Virus record (IMG/VR): IMGVR_UViG_3300030708_000335
Span: 1 to 40,382 of that record
Source: a virus
Taxonomy: Duplodnaviria > Caudoviricetes
DNA: 40,382 bases
Direction: 5' to 3' (one strand)
Below, in pieces: positions 34,690-40,382 of the stretch (positions are counted from its first letter, which is position 1; every line of letters starts with the position of its first letter). A program made the translations under genes and the position numbers. Under the pieces are notes generated by a model that was not told the origin of the DNA, did not search any database, and worked only from the letters and a program-made list of their open reading frames with translations.

Positions 34690-35697
34690 TTAGGCATACG
34701 CGCTCTTAGAACGCAACACCACAAACCAGTTCTCATTAAGAACCTTAGCGGTGTAGTATGCTTTCCAGCCAATCGTGGTGGTCTGGTTGAGCGGATCGCT
34801 CTTGTCAGGAGTGTCAGTAATGACAATCGAAGGCGACTTAGGTGACTCACCGGATAAGGCAGGTACACCAAACGCCTGACCACCCATCACGAAGGAGGTG
34901 AAGATGTCACCAGAGGCACTGTAAGTACCCTTGGCGGAACTCGAATCCTCGATGAATGGGTTGGTATCTTCGATCACTTTAACTCCGTGGAAGGAGCCGA
35001 CCTCACCCTTGAACAAACCTTGGACTGCGCTGTACTTGTGAGCTTCCAGCCAATCAGTGTTGTTCATCAGATCACGGGTCACTTGCGGGGAAGCAACCAT
35101 AACGTACTGACCGCCAATTTGCGGAGCACGGTTGATCTTCAGTTGGGTCACGCTGTCCAACAAGTCAGTTGCGTCAATTTTAGTATTGGCAACCGTGTCG
35201 GCAGCTAACTCAGCCCAAGTAGGAGTAGCATCACCACCAGAGTAACGCTTGGTGCGGCTGTCGCTCTCGTCGCTGTCGGTCTTGTTCACCAACTCGTCAC
35301 GGATAAGGTCATCCATGTAGAGGGCAGCATCTTCGCCATTAGTCTTAATAGCTTGCTGCATGATGTTCAGGAGCGAGGTAGCGTTGAGAACGTCAGTCAC
35401 GCCGATCACCTGACCGATTTGGTTCAAGGTGGCATCGACGTAGCCGAGCGATAACTCACGGTAGTTGCTGCTGCTAATCGCAGTACCCTCAGTCAAGTCC
35501 TGCACACTGGCAGTAGAAGGCTCGCCAAAACGGAAGAACCGAATGGATTGAGCCCCCGCGTTCTTGGGGAGTGCTGCGGTTTGAGCGAACTCAGCCTTGC
35601 GTAAAGACTGAACGGCGTAGTCTAGCAGTTGCTTGCTAAAGTACGTTTGATATTGATCCGCCATTGTGGACGGATTCGATGTGCTTTGTAGAGCCAT
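34690..35697 (-). CDS. Major capsid protein (N4-gp56-like family)
   Basis: LPKNAG..IRFFRF, LTEGT, GEVGSFHGVKVIE and DKSDPLNQTTTIGWKA. Confidence 0.92.
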   Translation of the reverse strand: MALQSTSNPSTMADQYQTYFSKQLLDYAVQSLRKAEFAQTAALPKNAGAQSIRFFRFGEPSTASVQDLTEGTAISSSNYRELSLGYVDATLNQIGQVIGVTDVLNATSLLNIMQQAIKTNGEDAALYMDDLIRDELVNKTDSDESDSRTKRYSGGDATPTWAELAADTVANTKIDATDLLDSVTQLKINRAPQIGGQYVMVASPQVTRDLMNNTDWLEAHKYSAVQGLFKGEVGSFHGVKVIEDTNPFIEDSSSAKGTYSASGDIFTSFVMGGQAFGVPALSGESPKSPSIVITDTPDKSDPLNQTTTIGWKAYYTAKVLNENWFVVLRSKSAYA

Positions 35698-35720
35698 GAT
35701 TTATGCAATAAGTTAATCCA

Positions 35721-36683
35721 TTAGTAGCCTCCTCCTGCATCTACTTCCGCAGCGCGGCGTTGTAGTTCCGCGAACTGTTCCTCCGGTGTTAGTTCGTTAA
35801 ATGAACGATCACCAGTTGGTGCAGACGGGTCAGAGCCTCCAATGGAGAGTTTGGATTTTAGATCAGCATTCTCTTCAGTGAGAGCGTTGATCTGTTCTTG
35901 AAGCGAGTTAGCTGATTCTGCTTTCTGCATATTGGCAACAATGTCTGCCGCATCTATAATGCCACCCGAATAAGTTGCTAGGACGGGTCGCTCTTGAAGA
36001 ATCTGGTTAACAGCCTTCCTGAATGTGGAATCTCCTTCTCTTAATTCAGGGTAGGATTTAGCAGCTTCCTCGAAATTAGCGGCCCATTCTTGTTTGAACT
36101 GACCTTCATTCTTGGAAACCTTATGTTCCTGAGCCATAGCCCTGACCTCTTCGGCTTGCTCTCTAGCTTTCTCAGCTAAACGCATTTCACCTTCAAGCTC
36201 AAAGTTTCTGGCTGCTGCTTCATAGTCCTCCGCAGAGTTGCCGTCCGAATCAACAAATTCCTCTGGCTTACTTCGGTCATTAAGCGATTGCCTGACTTCC
36301 TCAAGCTCCTGCCTTTGCCGTGCAAGCTCAGACTTTTCGTCATTCAGTTTGCGCCAAGACTCATTAAGCCGTTTCTCAGACTTAGTAGACTTGCTATCTG
36401 CTTCACTTTTCAAAGAACTTTCAGGCACCTCTGGAGGCCCAGCTTCTTTCTGCGGTTCAGGTTCGGCTTCTTTCTCCGGTTCCTTTGGCTTCGGCTCCGG
36501 TTCCGGTGCTTCCGCTTTAGGTTTCTCCGGTTCAGGCTGACTCTGAGTGTTCCGCCTCTGCTCGATCTCAGCAGCGGGAACTTCAGCGGGGTGCGCCCCC
36601 TCGTCATAGCCCGATAACCTATCCTGTTCCGCAGCCATCTGCTGTAGCTGCTCCAATGTCACGCCCTCTGTTTCTTCACTCAT
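35721..36683 (-). CDS. Capsid scaffolding protein
   Basis: Acidic, Pro/Glu-rich N-terminus and coiled coils; directly upstream of the capsid gene. Confidence 0.8.
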   Translation of the reverse strand: MSEETEGVTLEQLQQMAAEQDRLSGYDEGAHPAEVPAAEIEQRRNTQSQPEPEKPKAEAPEPEPKPKEPEKEAEPEPQKEAGPPEVPESSLKSEADSKSTKSEKRLNESWRKLNDEKSELARQRQELEEVRQSLNDRSKPEEFVDSDGNSAEDYEAAARNFELEGEMRLAEKAREQAEEVRAMAQEHKVSKNEGQFKQEWAANFEEAAKSYPELREGDSTFRKAVNQILQERPVLATYSGGIIDAADIVANMQKAESANSLQEQINALTEENADLKSKLSIGGSDPSAPTGDRSFNELTPEEQFAELQRRAAEVDAGGGY

Positions 36684-36791
36684 TTTTTATCTTTGTGCAT
36701 TTTTTCAGATAAGCTCGCACGTTGCCTACCTGTGGTGTGTCTTATAGTTTCGCCTAGGCCCGACACAAGCTTCGGCGTATTCGGGATGTCT

Positions 36792-37106
36792 TTACGTTTC
36801 GAGGTCGCTTGGCTCATCCCCTTCCAAGTCCTCGTAAAGTTCCTTGTTGGCAAGTGACTCTATGGCACTCACACAACCCTTAAAACCATTAGCAAACCCT
36901 GCGCTGAAAACAAGGTCTTTTTTATCCTCTAAGCAATAAGACTGATTTCTTATCACCATATTCGCAAGTGTTTTGGAAAACTTCTGGCCTGTATCACTAT
37001 CTAGGAATAATAGTAGTTTGACGGAATCTTCCTCTTTCCACTCCGGTTCTGATGTCCATTGTACCTCTCTGGCAAAGAGCAGCATCGCCCTTATCTTTCT
37101 AAACAT
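36792..37106 (-). CDS. Hypothetical protein in the portal-scaffold slot
   Basis: FLDSDTGQK..AGFANG pattern of small head-module genes. Confidence 0.7.
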   Translation of the reverse strand: MFRKIRAMLLFAREVQWTSEPEWKEEDSVKLLLFLDSDTGQKFSKTLANMVIRNQSYCLEDKKDLVFSAGFANGFKGCVSAIESLANKELYEDLEGDEPSDLET

Positions 37107-37654
37107 ATCTTACTTCCTTTTCTTAGGTTATCCTGTTTCCACATTGGCTTTAAGTTACTGAAGTGCCAACAAGCTTCAAATTCTTTTTTATTAGATTGAT
37201 CGTGAGCGCATACTGGAATGTGGTGGTCAACGTGCCAGTGAGTGCCATAGTTCTTCCAAGTCATCCCTCTCTTAAATTGAACTTCAAGGTGCTTCAGGAA
37301 ATGTTCCCTACTACATCCTAGTGTCTTTTCAGCTAACTTGCTTTTACCTTTTATTACCCTGCTTATCCTGCTTCTAAGGTTTGCTATAATTCTTAGGGCA
37401 GGGTTGCTAAGGAAAGCCTCTTTTCTTTTTTGGTTTATTATTTCTTTATACTTACTTTTGTAAGCCTTCTGCTGTGCTCTTATCTTTTTTCTGTTTTTCT
37501 TGTAATATTGTCTGCCTCTCTCATTATGCTCTTCTTTATTCTCTTGGTAATACTGTTTATACCACGCAGCTATCTTTTTCTTATTTTTCTTTGCGTAGGC
37601 TTTTCTGGTTTCAGGGTAATTATTTTCTCTACTGTTGTTGGATTTGTTCGGCAT
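37091..37654 (-). CDS. HNH-type (homing) endonuclease (187 aa)
   Basis: Start MPNK; basic YYxxNK repeats; MTWKNYGTHWHVDHHIP..HFSNLKPMWKQDNLRKG. Confidence 0.85.
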   Translation of the reverse strand: MPNKSNNSRENNYPETRKAYAKKNKKKIAAWYKQYYQENKEEHNERGRQYYKKNRKKIRAQQKAYKSKYKEIINQKRKEAFLSNPALRIIANLRSRISRVIKGKSKLAEKTLGCSREHFLKHLEVQFKRGMTWKNYGTHWHVDHHIPVCAHDQSNKKEFEACWHFSNLKPMWKQDNLRKGSKICLER

Positions 37655-39473
37655 CAGGAGCCCCCATTGCCTGAGCCTGACGATCCATAGCCAATGATTC
37701 AGCAGACTCAGCGAGTTGTTTTCGTAGCTGTCTTGCTGCATTGGTATCAACCTGCTCGTATGCATCAAGTAGCTGGCTTATCCTTTGAACGACTAGTTGT
37801 TGGGTTGTTTGAGATATGGCATCATTATCAGCCATCTTATTGTCTAAGTAACCTACCAGTGTGGCGATCCGAACTTCAAAGTCCTCGTCACCACGCACCG
37901 GAACTGGCATACCCACCTCCATAATTCCGATGTTGTTAGCTTCCTCAAGAGATTCTGTTTGCTGCTTGAACTGCGGATCAATGTACATCCTGCGAACCAA
38001 AGACGGATCATCCAGTTCCAGTATCGAGCGATCCAACTCAGCTTGGTTGATATAGGGTGAGCCAGCGAATAACTGCTTGCGCCCCATAGCTTGCTGTAGT
38101 TTGAGTGCTCGGTTCTGGCTGTCAGGCCCACCTTTAGGCTCTATCACATACTCACCGAAGAATGCGTCAGGTTCCATCTGCCCGTTATCTTCACGGTATC
38201 GGAACTCCAAGTCCTCCTTCTTGTACTGTAAGTATAGCGACCAAGACTGACGGTATAGAGAGCCAAGCGACAGACGGAACACGCGAGCCCGTAAGTCATT
38301 GGACTCTGCCATAAGCCCACTAATAGCATTGATCTCTGTTGCAGTTCGTCGATCTCCTTTACTGCTCATCGAGTTAACACCAAAGTCAGGCATACCGATC
38401 CGCTGCTCTGCAATGAACCGAGTAGTCTCAATCTCCTGATCGAAGCTGATAGGAGGCTGGGCCATCTGCACTGGTGCTAATCCAACTGGTAGAATTTGGG
38501 CTGGGGAAAGGCGAATGTTGCTGCTGTTGGGTACATCCCTGTCCGACTTGAACATGGGACGATTGTACAGCGTCATCGCATCGTGCTTGTCATTCCACAT
38601 CTTACATAGAGATGCTTCAAACGGGGCAATGATTTCGCATACCCCGCGAGGAGAGAACCAGCCCTTATCTTTAATCTCATAACTGAAGTCTACAAACGGA
38701 TACTCTCCGTGATTGTAGTCTAGTTCCATTGGTGGACGTACATCCATCTCAGGAATCTCAGGGCAGAATGTTTCTACGATCACCTTGCCCTCGCTCTTGT
38801 GGTACACCTCCCAGAGAATAATGCGGCTCATATCTGAGGAGTAGTTGATTCCTTCTCGTCTATAGGTCGTGACCTCCTTCTCCGCGCTATTGCCAGCTTT
38901 ATATCTCTTGGATTGTACTAGCTCCACATCCACGCCTGAGTATTTCGGGTCGTTCTCGAAAGCCTCAACACTCATCTGCATGATGTGAACCACCCTCTCG
39001 GAGTCTTGAAGATTCTTGGTGCGGTCTGGTACTACGACCATCATCGGGTCAATCGCATCGTACCTTACCTGCTTCTTGTCTGAGTCCCAGTAAACCTTGA
39101 TAACTGAACGGCCACTCATTAGTCCGTGGTCAATCCAAGTAAGGCACTCAGTTAGGAAATTGGTTTTCTCTTTGGTGTGGTAATCGAACCACCGCTCGGC
39201 TGTTACAGTCATGCCGTTGTCCTGCTGGCGCATAGGAACGAACGAGGCAATCGTGTCCATACCCACAACCTGCATATAGTAAAACGGCTTCAGTCTCTCG
39301 ATAACTGAGTCGGCTAAGGGGAAGTGCAGGTCACTGGCGTTACGCCAAGGCTTGTTCTTTCGTCGCAGCCCATTGTGGCGCATCTCATACCACAGCTTTT
39401 GTCTTGTCTCCCAGCGGGAGCGATCTTGTATGTCTACGGTGATGGAGTCACTTAGTTCCTGTCTATCAATCAT
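37629..39473 (-). CDS. Portal protein
   Basis: 614 aa; GRSVIKVYWD, YPFV..GWFSPRGVCE, RTATEI and a Gln-rich C-terminus (P22-like portal). Confidence 0.9.
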   Translation of the reverse strand: MIDRQELSDSITVDIQDRSRWETRQKLWYEMRHNGLRRKNKPWRNASDLHFPLADSVIERLKPFYYMQVVGMDTIASFVPMRQQDNGMTVTAERWFDYHTKEKTNFLTECLTWIDHGLMSGRSVIKVYWDSDKKQVRYDAIDPMMVVVPDRTKNLQDSERVVHIMQMSVEAFENDPKYSGVDVELVQSKRYKAGNSAEKEVTTYRREGINYSSDMSRIILWEVYHKSEGKVIVETFCPEIPEMDVRPPMELDYNHGEYPFVDFSYEIKDKGWFSPRGVCEIIAPFEASLCKMWNDKHDAMTLYNRPMFKSDRDVPNSSNIRLSPAQILPVGLAPVQMAQPPISFDQEIETTRFIAEQRIGMPDFGVNSMSSKGDRRTATEINAISGLMAESNDLRARVFRLSLGSLYRQSWSLYLQYKKEDLEFRYREDNGQMEPDAFFGEYVIEPKGGPDSQNRALKLQQAMGRKQLFAGSPYINQAELDRSILELDDPSLVRRMYIDPQFKQQTESLEEANNIGIMEVGMPVPVRGDEDFEVRIATLVGYLDNKMADNDAISQTTQQLVVQRISQLLDAYEQVDTNAARQLRKQLAESAESLAMDRQAQAMGAPDAEQIQQQ

Positions 39474-39693
39474 CTTGTTTCCTTAGTTGGTACTCTAAAT
39501 CGTTTATTGAGTGAAGTGCCTCTCTGGCCCATCGCTTCACATCATCCCCTGATTCCTTTACAGAATTAAACTCAGGCATCTCTGTTAGACGCTTAACATT
39601 GCCTTCTGGCAACCTAGTAGTCGGTAGCGGTCTGAGGCTACTGCAACTGGTCGTCAATATAATCAGCAGTATGCTTATGCACTTTAGCGGCAT
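39466..39693 (-). CDS. Lipoprotein, o-spanin (Rz1-like) candidate
   Basis: Signal peptide with lipobox-like LTTSC; overlaps the upstream TM gene. Confidence 0.65.
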   Translation of the reverse strand: MPLKCISILLIILTTSCSSLRPLPTTRLPEGNVKRLTEMPEFNSVKESGDDVKRWAREALHSINDLEYQLRKQDD

Positions 39694-39799
39694 CTTGTTC
39701 CTTTATTTCCTTTTTAGTCGCTGCCCTGTTATTAAGCCACCATAGCCAGATTGATAACCCAGCCCCAGCTATGCCTAAGATTCCTTCTATGTATCCCAT
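39638..39799 (-). CDS. N-terminal TM protein, i-spanin (Rz-like) candidate (53 aa)
   Basis: MGYIEGILGIAGAGLSIWLWWL followed by a short charged helix. Confidence 0.6.
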   Translation of the reverse strand: MGYIEGILGIAGAGLSIWLWWLNNRAATKKEIKEQDAAKVHKHTADYIDDQLQ

Positions 39800-39805
39800 C
39801 GTTAG

Positions 39806-39887
39806 AGTACGGTGCTTTGTTTCAAGGGCTCCCAGAGAGAGGTGCGAGCCGTTACGGAATCTCTCCGCACACCATACGCACCGCACT
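39806..39887 (-). ncRNA. Conserved structured motif, copy B (three-way junction)
   Basis: P1 AGTGCGGTGC/GCACCGTACT, junction GTATGGTG, hairpin TGCGGA-GAGAT-TCCGTA, P3 GGCTC/GAGCC, junction CTTGAAACAAA. Confidence 0.7.
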
Positions 39888-39989
39888 GTAGGAATTACTA
39901 TTAGCATAAACGGAAAGATTCAAGTTTCTTATGTATCGGATATTTCGTTCCGGAGAAAACCCCTGTCTGTAAGAAAACTATTTTACCCT

Positions 39990-40080
39990 TTCTCCACTTT
40001 CTCCGAGGTTCTCCAAAATACTCACACTAGAATATAATACAATAGATTAGAGTAAATTAGATTATATTATCCTCTATAGT
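39990..40080 (+). repeat. Origin-like element, copy 2
   Basis: Three TCTCC boxes (39991, 40000, 40010), AATACTCACA, and a pentamer tract matching copy 1 at 37 of 40 bases. Confidence 0.7.
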
Positions 40081-40345
40081 TTAGTCTCCAGAGAAGCTTA
40101 GAAATGTTAGCAGCAGTAGTATCAACCCATTCCTCCTCGGAGCATTTATCTATAGACGGGTACTCTGCGTGTAGGCATTCATGTATCAATACCTCCAGCC
40201 TGTACCGCCCTTTGAGTTTAGGGCTTATAGTTATGGACTTCTCCTTATCCTTCGGCGGGTTATCCGAATCGCAGCACAGCCCGTCTATGTCCTGTATGTG
40301 TATGTCAAACTTACCCGTACTAAACTGATGTGTCCTTACGCCCAT
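40067..40345 (-). CDS. Small HExxH zinc metallopeptidase-like protein (92 aa)
   Basis: GLC..ITISPKL..LEVLIHECLHA..EEWV; coupled to the terL stop by TAATG. Confidence 0.75.
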   Translation of the reverse strand: MGVRTHQFSTGKFDIHIQDIDGLCCDSDNPPKDKEKSITISPKLKGRYRLEVLIHECLHAEYPSIDKCSEEEWVDTTAANISKLLWRLNYRG

Positions 40346-40382
40346 TATCCAGCATCCATTCCTCCTACGCCGTGAGTGACAC
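40284..40382. repeat. Terminal direct repeat, right copy (circular assembly overlap)
   Basis: Identical to 1-99. Confidence 0.97.

Noticed and set aside
40284-40382. 99-bp terminal repeat as a biological direct terminal repeat
   Set aside because: The length matches a common assembler k-mer and the repeat cuts through coding sequence (terL end and the HExxH gene). It indicates circular completeness only.

Overview
The window is a complete, circularly assembled tailed dsDNA phage genome. Bases 1-99 equal 40284-40382, so the unique length is about 40,283 bp. Gene content is podovirus-like (portal, scaffold, N4-gp56-type capsid, tail tubular A/B, three large ejection proteins), and the tail fibres resemble those of marine phages. 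Spanin-like genes imply a diderm host. There are two arms. The + strand early/replication arm (about 2.35-10.43 kb) encodes small unknown proteins, DUF932, a histone-fold protein, an RHH regulator, an Hjc-like resolvase, ERF, a split PD-(D/E)XK nuclease, an SSB-like protein, a DnaA domain IV-like protein and a replication initiator. The - strand late arm runs terS, terL, across the junction, spanins, portal and on to a 2900-aa polyvalent protein. I recognised no DNA polymerase, helicase, primase, RNA polymerase, integrase, tRNA, CRISPR array or endolysin. The most notable non-coding signal is a two-copy module. Each copy has an origin-like element (three TCTCC boxes, then TAGAW pentamers; 4121-4210 and 39990-40080) next to a conserved, covarying three-way-junction structured motif (4223-4324 on +, 39806-39887 on -) that points into one of the two gene arms. 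All calls come from reading motifs by eye; no searches or folding programs were run.
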